64,000 nucleotides of DNA from Octopus vulgaris (Eukaryota). Position 1 is the first letter of the stretch; every line of letters starts with the position of its first letter. Shown here piece after piece: positions 28,144 to 42,898 of this stretch. The position numbers and the translations under genes are program-made. The stretch spans positions 18,352,001 through 18,416,000 of the forward strand of contig OX597821.1 of the NCBI GenBank assembly GCA_951406725.2, read 5' to 3'. The notes beneath the pieces are model-generated. The model was not told the origin of the DNA. It did not search any database and saw only the letters and a list, made by a program, of their open reading frames with translations.

Positions 28144-28557
28144 ATTCTCTAAACGAGATATAGACAGTAACTGCTCCATAGCATAAGGGACATTAGCCAT
28201 TTGAATGTGGCTACGGACAGGGAAGGGCGGTGGGGGTGTTACTGATGCATTTAGCCCCAGGCGATCATCAACGTCACCAGATAGGCTGACACCATCACGG
28301 TGTCCTCTATCCTGCAAAGGGAGATCATTCCCTGAAGAAGCGGATGCCACATACGGACCTAGGTTTCAAGGTATTTGCCTATCATCAATGCATGGCAGTC
28401 ACCGCTCCTCGACGAACAACTCCCTGTGCAGGATATTTATATATAGATTTTCACGTAAATACATTTACTGATTTCGAAAATCTGTTCGACAGCAATAATA
28501 ATTCTCTAAACGAGATATAGACAGTAACTGCTCCATAACATAAGGGACATTAGCCAT
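28141..28557 (-). mobile_element. Retrozyme-like unit (357-bp period, terminal direct repeat, degenerate hammerhead)
   Basis: 57-bp direct repeat at 28144-28200 and 28501-28557; TA tracts on both sides; hammerhead-like motif on the minus strand inside a long imperfect stem. Confidence 0.6.
28345..28397 (-). ncRNA. Degenerate minimal type-I hammerhead ribozyme motif
   Basis: UGCCAUGCA-UUGAUGA-UAGGCAAAUACCUU-GAAA-CCUAGG-UC-CGUAUGUGGCA; palindromic helix III (ACCUAGGU); mismatches at 3/8, at 10.1/11.1 and at the first pair of stem I. Confidence 0.6.
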
Positions 28558-28564
28558 AATTATT

Positions 28565-30055
<1,491 letters not shown>

Positions 30056-30143
30056 TTAAAACAAGTGGATGTATTCCACCGAAACTAGGTAAATAAAACC
30101 ATCGAACAGAGATTGTCGGAAGCGACACCTACTGGCTGGCTAC

Positions 30144-30185
30144 GCTGCATTGAAAAGGGGCAATACCCCGAAACGCGTCTGTAGC
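30144..30185 (+). ncRNA. Minimal type-I hammerhead ribozyme, U3-A8 core variant (copy 1)
   Basis: Stem I GCUGCA/UGUAGC; core UUGAAAA; stem II GGGG-caaua-CCCC; GAAA; palindromic helix III ACGCGU; GUC cleavage triplet. Confidence 0.8.
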
Positions 30186-30504
30186 TGCCGGTCAAGTAGT
30201 GTGGAGCGACTGACCTCCCTTGTTCGAAGGTTATATGGATACAGTTTGTGTATCAAATAGCTAACTTAAGGCGATGGCCTCATGGAGCTAATAAGCGGAC
30301 AGCTTTTTCTTATTTTTATAAGAATGCCATATTAGTATGGCGATAACTATTATTTTCCGGGAACGCTGCCGCTGTTCTCTTTTAGAGAGACTTAGTTATT
30401 TTAATATTTCTATTATTGAAAACAAGTGGATGTATTCCACCGAAACTAGGTAAATAAAACCATCGAACAGAGATTGTCGGAAGCGACACCTACAGGCTGG
30501 CTAC

Positions 30505-30546
30505 GCTGCATTGAAAAGGGGCAATACCCCGAAACGCGTCTGTAGC
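30505..30546 (+). ncRNA. Minimal type-I hammerhead ribozyme, U3-A8 core variant (copy 2)
   Basis: Identical motif 361 bp downstream of copy 1. Confidence 0.8.
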
Positions 30547-30857
30547 TGCCAGTCAAGTAGTGTGGAGCGACTGACCTCCCTTGTTCGAAGGTTATATGGA
30601 TACAGTTTGTGTATCAAATAGCTAACTTAAGGCGATGGCCTCATGGAGCTAATAAGCGGACAGCTTTTTTCTTATTTTTATAAGAATGCCATATTAGTAT
30701 GGCGATAACTATTATTTTCCGGGAACGCTGCCGCTGTTCTCTTTTAGAGAGACTTAGTTATTTTAATATTTCTATTATATATATATATATATATGTATAT
30801 ATATGTATATATATGTATATATATATATATATGTATATATATATGTATGTATATATG

Positions 30858-30892
<35 letters not shown>

Positions 30893-30899
30893 GTATATG

Positions 30900-30944
<45 letters not shown>

Positions 30945-30946
30945 GT

Positions 30947-30998
<52 letters not shown>

Positions 30999-31058
30999 GT
31001 ATGTATATATATGTATATATATGTATGTATATATATATGTATGTATGTATATATATAG

Positions 31059-31125
<67 letters not shown>

Positions 31126-31154
31126 GTATGTATATATATATATATATATGTATG

Positions 31155-31189
<35 letters not shown>

Positions 31190-31270
31190 GTATATACTCT
31201 TTTACTCTTTTACCTGTTTCAGCCATCCGGCTGAGGCCATGCTGGGGCACCGCCCTTGTTGCTACCCTCT

Positions 31271-34200
31271 CTAAGTCCAGTTTGCCGTGGCTGGCCACTG
31301 ATCTAAGAGAGAGTTTGTAGCTGCCGCCCTTAGGTTACCCTCGTACCTTGCAGTGGGTTCATCTGGGATCCCGGAAAGCAGCTTGTCTAGATGTTTTTTG
31401 AAAATGTCCACATCCGCATCATGCAGATCTCTCAGTTTTCTTGGCAGTTTGTTGAAAAGCTGAGGGCCCCTGAACCCCAGGCTATTACAGTATCTGCTCC
31501 TTACCCTGGATGTGGAAGACGGGACCTTTGGCACCACACAGTGACGTCCTGTACGGGGATTGGAACAGCTCTCAATTCCAAAATTTGGTGCTAGTCCCTC
31601 CAGGATTTTCCATATGTATATCACTGCATATCTCTCTCGTCTTCGTTCCAAGGAGTACAAATTGAGTTCCCTAAGCCTCTCCCAGTAGTTCTTTTCTTTC
31701 ATGGTGGAAATCCTCTTGGTGAAATGTCTTTGGATTGTCTCAAGCTCTGTGGTTAGTTTGACACTATGCGGTGACCACAGTTGGGAGCAGTAGTCCAGGC
31801 GGCTTAGGACAAATGTCCTCCATAGTGTCAACATGGTCTCGCAGTCTCTTGTCCGGAATGTCCTCAGGATCCAGCCAGTGAGTCGTCTGCACATTGTCGC
31901 CACCTTCGCGATGTGTGAAGAAAAAGATGCATCGTCACTCATGTCTATCCCCAGGTCCCGTATTGATTTCGATACTGGGATTTCGATCCCTCCTGGACCA
32001 GTATAGTTGTGTTGTAATGTATATGTGTTTACAGCTTGATATTGTAAGGCTTGAAATTTACCAGCATTAAATTGCATGTTGTTGTCTTCAGCCCATTTGT
32101 ATATGGCATCCAGATCTTGTTGTAAAAGGTCAGCATCAGCTGGGTTTTTGATTGCCTGTGCTACCTTTGTGTCATCAGCATAGCTAGTGAGGGATGTTGT
32201 TTGTGCTACCAAGGGCATGTCAGAGAGCGCCACCAAAAACAGCAAGGGTCCCAAGACTGTGCCCTGTGGCACCCCGCTTGCTATTGGTGTCTTTCCCGAG
32301 AGGGCTCCATTGGCTGCAACCATCTGGCTTCTGTCCTTCAGGAAGTCATGTATCCACTCACCTACTTTTCCTGTTATGCCGAGTCTGAGTAATTTGTGAC
32401 ATATCACTCCGTGGTCGACTTTGTCAAAGGCCTTCGCAAAGTCGAGATATACCACATCCACCTGTGAGCGATCCAGTAGTTGTTTCAGTACCCAGTCGTA
32501 GTGTTGTAACAGCTGCGTAAGGCAGCTTCTTCCTGGGCGAAAGCCATGCTGTGTGTCAGTGAGACGGTTAGTTTCTTCGAGGAACGTGATCAGTTTTTTT
32601 CTGATGATTCGTTCCATGACCTTACTTATGTGTGACGTCAGGGAGACTGGCCTGTAGTTTTTGGCCTCTGCTCTACTCCCTCCTTTGTGGATAGGGCATA
32701 TGGTGCCTTCTTTTAGCGCCCTGGGCAGTTTACCGTTAGCCAAGGAACCACTGAAGAGCTTCTTCAGTGGTCCCGCTAGGGCATGCCTGCATGTTTTTAG
32801 GAGGACTGCTGGGAATCCATCTGGTCCAGCAGCTGAGTTTATTCTCATTTCTTCTATGGCAGATATTACATCCCTCTCTGTTATGTCTATGTGGTCGATG
32901 GTTGTTGTTTGGTTTTGGAGTGTTGTGGCATCAAAGAAAACTTCTGGGTTTGTGATTTGCATGTGCCCCAGAGGGGATGTGAACACACTTTTATACTGTT
33001 CCTTTAGTATTTCACTTATCCCTTGGGGGTCCTCAGTTAGAGAGCCCTTTTTATCAAAGAGTGGGCCAATCTTGCAGTGTACCGAGGTGGTTTCTTTCGC
33101 AAATTTAAAGAAGGCTTTAGGGTTTGTTTTAATATTCTCTATGGCCCTGGCTTCTCTCTCTGCCCTCTCCTTCTCATAGGAAAGTTTGAGTGCAGTTTCC
33201 GTTTCAAAAAGTTTCAGGTGGAGTCCCTCATTGTTTCTCTGCCGTGCATTCAGTTGCTTCGAGAGCTTAGCTCTACGCCTCATAAGTATTTTCCTGTCTC
33301 TGGGAATAACGTTCCTATGCCCGCTGGCTTTTTTCTCCGGGACAAACTTATGGCATATGTTCTGTATTGTTGTCATGAAATGTTGGAAATGTGTGTTGGT
33401 GTCTTGTGTGGTGATGAAGTCACTCCAGTCATGTTTTCGGATCTCTTCGTTGATCTTCTTCCAGTTTGCCTTATGGAAGTTTAGACTGGATAGGCCTGTG
33501 GTATTTTCTAATGGCTGCGTCTCAACTAACTCTCTCATACCATATATCATTACCTCTACTAAGTTGTGATCTGAGAGAATTGTTGGTGTTACCATTATGT
33601 TGTGGATGAGCATCGGGTTGCTTGTGAAACAGAGGTCCAAGACATTCTCACCTCTTGTTGGCCAAAGCACTGCTTGCTCCATGAAAAACTTGCGTGTGAG
33701 AGCCAACAAGGACTCTGTCTGTCTCTGTTCAAGTGATGTCATTCCAGGGAGGAGATGGCCATCTGGCCATTTGACTTTCGGAAGGTTAAAATCTCCCAGC
33801 AGTAGAATGGTGTTACCCTGGTCCAGTTTGTCCAGGACTTCTTCTATTCTTCTGAGGCTATCTTCAAACACTCCTTCATGACTAGGGGTGTCTGGTGGCC
33901 GATATGTGACACATATTACTATTTTCGGTTGTTTCATGTGTACTGTCAGTGTGTCACAGACTGAGTTTGAGTGTGTCAACAGTACTATGGGTGTGACATC
34001 TTCACGGACGTACAGGGCAACCCCACCATGAGTTCTTTCCTTCCTGTCCGACCGAAAAACAGTATACTTCGGTATGTGTATTTCTGCATCTGCTATACTG
34101 CTTGACAGGTGCGTTTCAGTCAGCGCTATGCATATTGCATGGTTGCTTGTGCTCAAGTCCCTAAGGTAAGGAATTTTACCCATATTAGATGGTTTCACCA

Positions 34201-34294
34201 GACCTCTGACATTCAGCAGAAGCACTGGTGAGACACCCGGGGTGTCAATAAAGGCTGACGGTGTGGCACCTGGGCCGGCGTCAGCGGTGGCCAC
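31271..34294 (-). CDS. LINE ORF2: APE endonuclease + reverse transcriptase (1007 aa)
   Basis: [24 protein letters not shown] (APE); [48 protein letters not shown] (RT). True start codon uncertain. Confidence 0.93.
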   Translation of the reverse strand: MATADAGPGATPSAFIDTPGVSPVLLLNVRGLVKPSNMGKIPYLRDLSTSNHAICIALTETHLSSSIADAEIHIPKYTVFRSDRKERTHGGVALYVREDVTPIVLLTHSNSVCDTLTVHMKQPKIVICVTYRPPDTPSHEGVFEDSLRRIEEVLDKLDQGNTILLLGDFNLPKVKWPDGHLLPGMTSLEQRQTESLLALTRKFFMEQAVLWPTRGENVLDLCFTSNPMLIHNIMVTPTILSDHNLVEVMIYGMRELVETQPLENTTGLSSLNFHKANWKKINEEIRKHDWSDFITTQDTNTHFQHFMTTIQNICHKFVPEKKASGHRNVIPRDRKILMRRRAKLSKQLNARQRNNEGLHLKLFETETALKLSYEKERAEREARAIENIKTNPKAFFKFAKETTSVHCKIGPLFDKKGSLTEDPQGISEILKEQYKSVFTSPLGHMQITNPEVFFDATTLQNQTTTIDHIDITERDVISAIEEMRINSAAGPDGFPAVLLKTCRHALAGPLKKLFSGSLANGKLPRALKEGTICPIHKGGSRAEAKNYRPVSLTSHISKVMERIIRKKLITFLEETNRLTDTQHGFRPGRSCLTQLLQHYDWVLKQLLDRSQVDVVYLDFAKAFDKVDHGVICHKLLRLGITGKVGEWIHDFLKDRSQMVAANGALSGKTPIASGVPQGTVLGPLLFLVALSDMPLVAQTTSLTSYADDTKVAQAIKNPADADLLQQDLDAIYKWAEDNNMQFNAGKFQALQYQAVNTYTLQHNYTGPGGIEIPVSKSIRDLGIDMSDDASFSSHIAKVATMCRRLTGWILRTFRTRDCETMLTLWRTFVLSRLDYCSQLWSPHSVKLTTELETIQRHFTKRISTMKEKNYWERLRELNLYSLERRRERYAVIYIWKILEGLAPNFGIESCSNPRTGRHCVVPKVPSSTSRVRSRYCNSLGFRGPQLFNKLPRKLRDLHDADVDIFKKHLDKLLSGIPDEPTARYEGNLRAAATNSLLDQWPATANWT

Positions 34295-35148
34295 TCTGGG
34301 TCCCTTGATTGTGGTGGTCTTGAGTGCTGTTGTGAGTGCCCCTGGCTCTGAAGACGATGTATCCAGGCCAGTTGTCCCACAATTTTCTCTGCCATTTCCA
34401 CAAAATTTTTTTGTTCTGCTGCCGCCGTCTGCATTTCCTCTGCAAATGTGCGCCTTCTCCTTGTTGGGGCATTACGCACTATGTCTGCATATTTCTGGGG
34501 TAGCTTGTATTTGTTCTGGTTTTGGTTAAGGCATTTCGGTCGAGTGGGTTTGATGCAATTTCCATAGGGCCTGGGATGAGCGAACCTGCATCCTTCCCCT
34601 GTTCCTCCATGCCAGCAGGTTCCATTCCGGAAGAATTTGCATGTTATCTGGGTTTTCTTGTCCCCAGTTCCTCTCTGTTTTTTCTTCCTCCGTTGGACGG
34701 TTGTCCACTGGTTCCTTTCTGCATAGGTCTTTTCATCCGGGTGGTTATTTTCTGTTTCCCCATCGCCGCCTATCTGTTGTTTGCCCTGCTTGCCTTCTTC
34801 GACTGTGGCGGTGGGCGTGTCATTTTTTGACACTCTGTGGTTGGTGTTTCCTGTTTCCATCTCTCTCTCTTTGTCTTTGTCCACCTTGAGGACTTGGCTT
34901 AGCAAAGCCATGTGTGGTGCAATGAGAGTGTAGGCCCTTTCGACTTCTCTTTTCTTCCTCTCTACTTGCGCCAACGTCCTCATAAAGCCATGGCTTTTCA
35001 GGGTCGCCGCTATGTTTTTAGTTGGTTGCGATCTGTCGGCCGAGCTCCATCCTCTGATGAAAACTTCCAGCTCTACTTTCGTCCAGTTACGCTGGCTTTT
35101 GTTGACGCCAGTGTTTGCATTCACCTCTAATTTTTGCATGTTGTCCAT
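34213..35148 (-). CDS. LINE ORF1 with N-terminal Myb/SANT-like (trihelix-type) region and CCCH zinc finger
   Basis: MDNMQKL start; RNWTKVELEVFIRGW...IAATLKSHGFMRTLAQVERK; CKFFRNGTCWHGGTGEGCRFAH. Domain names are by motif resemblance only. Confidence 0.75.
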   Translation of the reverse strand: MDNMQKLEVNANTGVNKSQRNWTKVELEVFIRGWSSADRSQPTKNIAATLKSHGFMRTLAQVERKKREVERAYTLIAPHMALLSQVLKVDKDKEREMETGNTNHRVSKNDTPTATVEEGKQGKQQIGGDGETENNHPDEKTYAERNQWTTVQRRKKKQRGTGDKKTQITCKFFRNGTCWHGGTGEGCRFAHPRPYGNCIKPTRPKCLNQNQNKYKLPQKYADIVRNAPTRRRRTFAEEMQTAAAEQKNFVEMAEKIVGQLAWIHRLQSQGHSQQHSRPPQSRDPEWPPLTPAQVPHRQPLLTPRVSHQCFC

Positions 35149-35183
35149 TCCGTTGTAGCGGGGAGAGAGAGAGAAGCTGTATA

Positions 35184-35229
<46 letters not shown>

Positions 35230-35475
35230 CATAAAAAATTGTGAAGCATGACTGTCAACACTACTACATGAACCCGAAGATTGCAGAATTCAATGCATGA
35301 AAGTACTAGTTCAATCAGAATGAATATTTAACATTCTACTATTTCATTTTATTTTATTCAATTATAATATATTATCTTATAATATATCATTATAAGATTG
35401 TAAATAAAACGTGAAAATCAGACAAGGTTGGAATTCTTTTTATTAATATATTCTTCTATACACAATCACACACAC

Positions 35476-35583
<108 letters not shown>

Positions 35584-35791
35584 GTATATATATATATGTA
35601 TATATATATGTATGTATATGTATATATATATATGTATATATATATGTATATGTATATATATATGTATATATATATATGTATATATATATGTATATAATAT
35701 ATATGTATATATATGTATATATATATATGTATATATATATATGTATATGTATATATATGTATATGTATATATATGTATATGTATATATATG

Positions 35792-35823
<32 letters not shown>

Positions 35824-35833
35824 TGTCTATATA

Positions 35834-35888
<55 letters not shown>

Positions 35889-35977
35889 GTCTATATATAT
35901 ATGTATATATATGTATATATATATATATGTCTATATATATATGTATATATATGTATATATATATATATGTCTATATA

Positions 35978-36042
<65 letters not shown>

Positions 36043-36296
36043 CATCATCATCATCATCATCATCATCATCGTTTAACGTCCGTTTTCCGCGCTAGCACGG
36101 GTTGGACGGTTTCGACCGGGGTCTGGGGAGCTCGGGACTGCCCCAGGCTCCAGTCTAGTCTGGCAGTGTTTCTACAGCTGGATGCCCTTCCTAACGCCAA
36201 CCACTCCGCGAGTGTAGTGGGTGTTTTTTACGTGCCACCTGCACAGGTGCCAGAGGGGTCTGGCATCGGCCACGTTCGGATGGTGCTTTTTTATGG

Positions 36297-37582
36297 GGGG
36301 GATGCAGAAATATAGGGGAGCACCAGTGGGAGGGGTGGTTCAGAGGACAGGTACTAGTCAAGTAGAACGTAGGATATCGAGAGAGGGGTAATGCATGGTG
36401 AAATAGCGTATTGAAGAGGGGGTTCAAAGAGTAGACACCTATAATGGTGGTGGGGGGTGCAGAAATATAGGGGAGCACCAGTGGGAGGGGTGGTTCAGGG
36501 GACAGGTTCTAGGCAAGTAGAACGTAGGATATCGAGAGAGGGGTAATGCATGGTGAAATAGCGTATTGAAGAGGGGGGTTCAAAGAGTAGACACCTATAA
36601 TGGTGGTGGGGGGTGCAGAAATATAGGGGAGCACCAGTGGGAGGGTGGGCACCAGTGGGAGGGGGTGGTTCAGAGGACAGGTTCTAGGCAAGTAGAACGT
36701 AGGATATCGAGAGAGGGGTAATGCATGGTGAATAGCGTATTGAAGAGGGGGTTCAAAGAGTAGACACCTATAATGGTGGTAGGGGGGGTGCAGAAATATA
36801 GGGGAGCACCAGTGGGAGGGGTGGTTCAGAGGACAGGTTCTAGGCAAGTAGAACGTAGGATATCGAGAGAGGGGTAATGCATGGTGAAATAGCGTATTGA
36901 AGAGGGGGGTTCAAAGAGTAGACACCTATAATGGTGGTGGGGGGGGGGGGTGCAGAAATATGGGGAGCACCAGTGGGAGGGGTGGTTCAGAGGACAGGTT
37001 CTAGGCAAGTAGAACGTAGGATATCGAGAGAGGGGTAATGCATGGTGAATAGCGTATTGAAGAGGGGGTTCAAAGAGTAGACACCTATAATGGTGGTGGG
37101 GGGTGCAGAAATATAGGGGAGCACCAGTGGGAGGGGTGGTTCAGAGGACAGGTTCTAGGCAAGTAGAACGTAGGATACCGAGAGAGGGGTAATGCATGGT
37201 GAATTAGCGTATTGAAGAGGGGGTTCAAAGAGTAGACACCTATAATGGTGGTGGGGGGGTGCAGAAATATAGGGGGGCACCAGTGGGAGGGTGAGCACCA
37301 GTGGGAGGGGTGGTTCAGAGGACAGGTTCTAGGCAAGTAGAACGTAGGATATCGAGAGAGGGGTAATGCATGGTGAATAGCGTATTGAAGAGGGGGTTCA
37401 AAGAGTAGACACCTATAATGGTGGTGGTGGGGGGTGCAGAAATATAGGGGAGCACCAGTGGGAGGGGTGGTTCAGAGGACAGGTTCTAGGCAAGTAGAAC
37501 GTAGGATATCGAGAGGGGTAATGCATGGTGAAATAGCGTATTGAAGAGGGGTTCAAAGAGTAGACACCTATAATGGTGGTGG
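36297..37582. repeat. G-rich tandem repeat, ~150-175-bp unit x8
   Basis: GCAGAAATA(TA)GGGG recurs at about 36304, 36459, 36615, 36790, 36952, 37105, 37261 and 37436. Confidence 0.95.
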
Positions 37583-37659
37583 GAGAAACGACATCCGGTA
37601 TAGTTGGAGCAAAATAGAGATATCCGGTATTGGTGGTGGGGTGGGTAGGGCGGGCGCGC

Positions 37660-39052
37660 CGCGAAGAATCGTCAGCCAATTTCTATAAGGGAGATAGATC
37701 TTAAATATCTATAACGATAACTAGTGAATTATACAGAATATGCTATAAAAAAACGAGGCGAGGCTGAAATAGTAAACAGAGTGGCGACTAGGGGGATCAG
37801 AATAATAATAATTAATAAATAATAATAATAAATAGAGATACGGATGAATTAAAGTTCAAAGATTTCTTATCTTGAGATCACTTCGTTTACGGACAGACTT
37901 GGCAAAAGGAATTCGGAATCAAGAATGAGGCAGTTTACTAGCTTAAGTATGCATAGCCATGGCGAGTGGTAGGAAAGAGGAGTCCAGACAGACGACAATG
38001 TAAAAAGAGGGGAGAGAAGGGAAGAGAAAAACCCCGCGAAGAATCGTCAGCCAATTTCTATAAGGGAGATAGATCTTAAATATCTATAACGATAACTAGT
38101 GAATTATACAGAATATGCAAAAAACGAGGCGAGGCTGAAATAGTAAACAGAGTGGCGACTAGGGGGATCAGAATAATAATAATTAATAAATAATAATAAT
38201 AAATAGAGATACGGATGAATTAAAGTTCAAAGATTTCTTATCTTGAGATCACTTCGTTTACGGACAGACTTGGCAAAAGGAATTCGGAATCAAGAATGAG
38301 GCAGTTTACTAGCTTAAGTATGCATAGCCATGGCGAGTGGTAGGAAGAGAGGAGTCCAGACAGACGACAATGTAAAAGAGGGGGAGAGAAGGGAAGAGAA
38401 AAACCCCGCGAAGAATCGTCAGCCAATTTCTATAAGGAGATAGATCTTAAATATCTATAACGATAACTAGTGAATTATACAGAATATGCAAAAAACGAGG
38501 CGAGGCTGAAATAGTAAACAGAGTGGCGACTAGGGGGATCAGAATAATAATAATTAATAAATAATAATAATAAATAGAGATACGGATGAATTAAAGTTCA
38601 AAGATTTCTTATCTTGAGATCACTTCGTTTACGGACAGACTTGGCAAAAGGAATTCGGAATCAAGAATGAGGCAGTTTACTAGCTTAAGTATGCATAGCC
38701 ATGGCGAGTGGTAGGAAGAGAGGAGTCCAGACAGACGACAATGTAAAAAGAGGGAGAAGAGGAAGAGAAAAACCCCGCGAAGAATCGTCAGCCAATTTCT
38801 ATAAGGGAGATAGATCTTAAATATCTATAACGATAACTAGTGAATTATACAGAATATGCAAAAAACGAGGCGAGGCTGAAATAGTAAACAGAGTGGCGAC
38901 TAATCAGAATAATAATAATTAATAAATAATAATAATAAATAGAGATACGGATGAATTAAAGTTCAAAGATTTCTTATCTTGAGATCACTTCGTTTACGGA
39001 CAGACTTGGCAAAATGAATTCGGAATCAAGAATGAGGCAGTTTACTAGCTTG
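37660..39052. repeat. Tandem repeat, ~372-bp unit x3.7
   Basis: CGCGAAGAATCGTCAGCCAAT recurs at about 37660, 38035, 38407 and 38776; units nearly identical. Confidence 0.95.
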
Positions 39053-39094
39053 TCTATATATATATGTATATATACATATATATATATGTCTATA

Positions 39095-39169
<75 letters not shown>

Positions 39170-39252
39170 GTATGTATGTATATATATGTATATATATATA
39201 TGTATGTATATATATATATGTATATATATATATGTATATATATATATGTATG

Positions 39253-39309
<57 letters not shown>

Positions 39310-39378
39310 ATATGTATATGTATATATATATGTATATATATATATATGTGTATATATATATATGTATATATATATATG

Positions 39379-39511
<133 letters not shown>

Positions 39512-39530
39512 GTATGTATATGTGTGTGTG

Positions 39531-39727
<197 letters not shown>

Positions 39728-39736
39728 GTATATATA

Positions 39737-39942
<206 letters not shown>

Positions 39943-39955
39943 TATATAGCATATA

Positions 39956-40007
<52 letters not shown>

Positions 40008-40615
40008 CATATATATATACATATATATATATGTATATATACATATATATATACAAGCTATATAACTGCCTCATTCTTGATTATTCATATATTTGTATCT
40101 ATCTGTTATCTAAAGATAGAATATTTGAATTCATCCGATATGTTTATTGTTATTATTTATTATTATTATATATCATACTATGTATTTCATAAAATATATA
40201 TTCTGTATGTATAGTTATCGTTATAGAATTGTATCTCCCTTATAAAATTGACAGATTCTATGGAATTATATTCTCTTTTTTACATTATTTCTGTTCCATT
40301 TGAAATAATATGCCTTTGAAAAATATATGTCTCATTCTTGCTATATCGTAAATATATAAGATATAGTATATAATTTAGTATTATATATTATATATAAGAC
40401 CACTCTGTATATACTATATATATATATATATATTTGTATATATCTCACTAGTTATCGTTATATGTCTATCTATATAATGCAACATTTATCTATTTTCCCC
40501 TCTTCATATACATATATATATATATTCCTACATATATATATATATATATAAGCTATAAACTATATTCTTTATATATATTTATATTCATATATATATAAAC
40601 ATATATATATATAAA

Positions 40616-40666
<51 letters not shown>

Positions 40667-40674
40667 ATATATAT

Positions 40675-40715
<41 letters not shown>

Positions 40716-40806
40716 TGTATAATATATATATATATACATATATATATATCTATATATATATAAATACATATATATATATTATATATATATATATATATTA
40801 TACATA

Positions 40807-40865
<59 letters not shown>

Positions 40866-40893
40866 CATATATATATATATATATATAATATAC

Positions 40894-41042
<149 letters not shown>

Positions 41043-41169
41043 TATATATATATATATATATATCTATCTATATAGAAATTGGCTGCATTCTTGGGTACAT
41101 ACAAATCCATATTCCCTTTTGCTATATAATTTCACCACCATTATATTATATATATATATATATTCAATA

Positions 41170-41201
<32 letters not shown>

Positions 41202-41270
41202 CTTGCCTATATATATTATATATTATACATATGTTATATTTTAATATAATATATATGTCTATATTTATAC

Positions 41271-41312
<42 letters not shown>

Positions 41313-41316
41313 TCCT

Positions 41317-41350
<34 letters not shown>

Positions 41351-41400
41351 TTCTATAAATATATATATATATTATATATATATTATATATATATTCACCA

Positions 41401-41497
<97 letters not shown>

Positions 41498-42039
41498 TCA
41501 ATATATATATTATATATATATATATTGTATAATTCTCTGAAATATATATATATATTTCTACAAATATATGTATATATTATGAATATATATACATATATTA
41601 CATATTATTCTATATTATATCTGTATAATGTCCTCATATATATATTATGTTTATAATATTATATATTATATATATATATTTATATTATATATTATATATA
41701 CTTCTATGTGAATATTATATAATATGGTATACTTGCTATATAGATAACATTATATGCATTATTGAATTAATATATTTAAGTTACTCTGATATCCTGTTCT
41801 ACTTCAGATTGAAAATATTTGTATTATATTCTATCTTTGTAATGTATATATATGTATTGATATCCTGTTCTTGCTTTTCCTCTATATTTATATATTTTGC
41901 ATCTGCATATTATGCAATTATTATGCATAAATTAATAAATACATATTGACTATATAGTCAGCTAGAGTGAGAGCCTATCACATATATACATATATATATA
42001 TATATGATATATATATGACATATATATATATATATATAC

Positions 42040-42074
<35 letters not shown>

Positions 42075-42141
42075 CATATATATATACAATATATATATAT
42101 AATATATATACATATATATATATACATATATATATATATAC

Positions 42142-42260
<119 letters not shown>

Positions 42261-42529
42261 CATATATATACATATACATATATATACATATACATATATA
42301 TACATATACATATATATATATACATATATATATATATACATATATATACATATATATATACATATATATATATACATATATATATACATATATATATATA
42401 TATACATATATATATACATATATATATATACATATATATATACATATATATATATACATATATATATATATACATATATATATATACATATATATATATA
42501 CATATATATATATACATATATATATATAC

Positions 42530-42601
<72 letters not shown>

Positions 42602-42825
42602 GTATAGAGATATATATATATAATATAAAAGAATATATATATTGTCTGATATATTCATATATTATACAATCTTATAATGATATATATATAAGATATATAT
42701 TATAATATATATAAAATAAAATGAAATATATATATGTTATAATATATATATCTGATATATACTAGTATATATATATATATATTATCTTTATATATGTAGT
42801 ATATATATATCATGCTTCACCTATA

Positions 42826-42893
<68 letters not shown>

Positions 42894-42898
42894 CAACA

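Larger units (their letters stand above)
30056..30777 (+). mobile_element. Tandem dimer of a 361-bp hammerhead-containing unit (non-LTR retrozyme-like)
   Basis: Two nearly identical units starting at ~30056 and ~30417, non-coding, TA tracts on both flanks, one hammerhead per unit. Confidence 0.8.
31196..35180 (-). mobile_element. Apparently intact two-ORF CR1/L2-group LINE
   Basis: Uninterrupted ORF1 and ORF2, short 3' UTR ending in the SINE-shared hairpin tail and (AAAAGAGT)n; flanked by TA tracts. Confidence 0.93.

Noticed and set aside
30408-30458. Second hammerhead-like motif in the 361-bp unit (TTGAAAA..GTGGA tgtat TCCAC CGAAACTAGGTA)
   Set aside because: Extra unpaired bases lie between the core and stem II and stem I is poor; it is not supportable as a ribozyme without a consensus.
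36297-39052. Regular arrays resembling CRISPR
   Set aside because: Units are identical end to end with no unique spacers, the context is eukaryotic and there are no cas genes.
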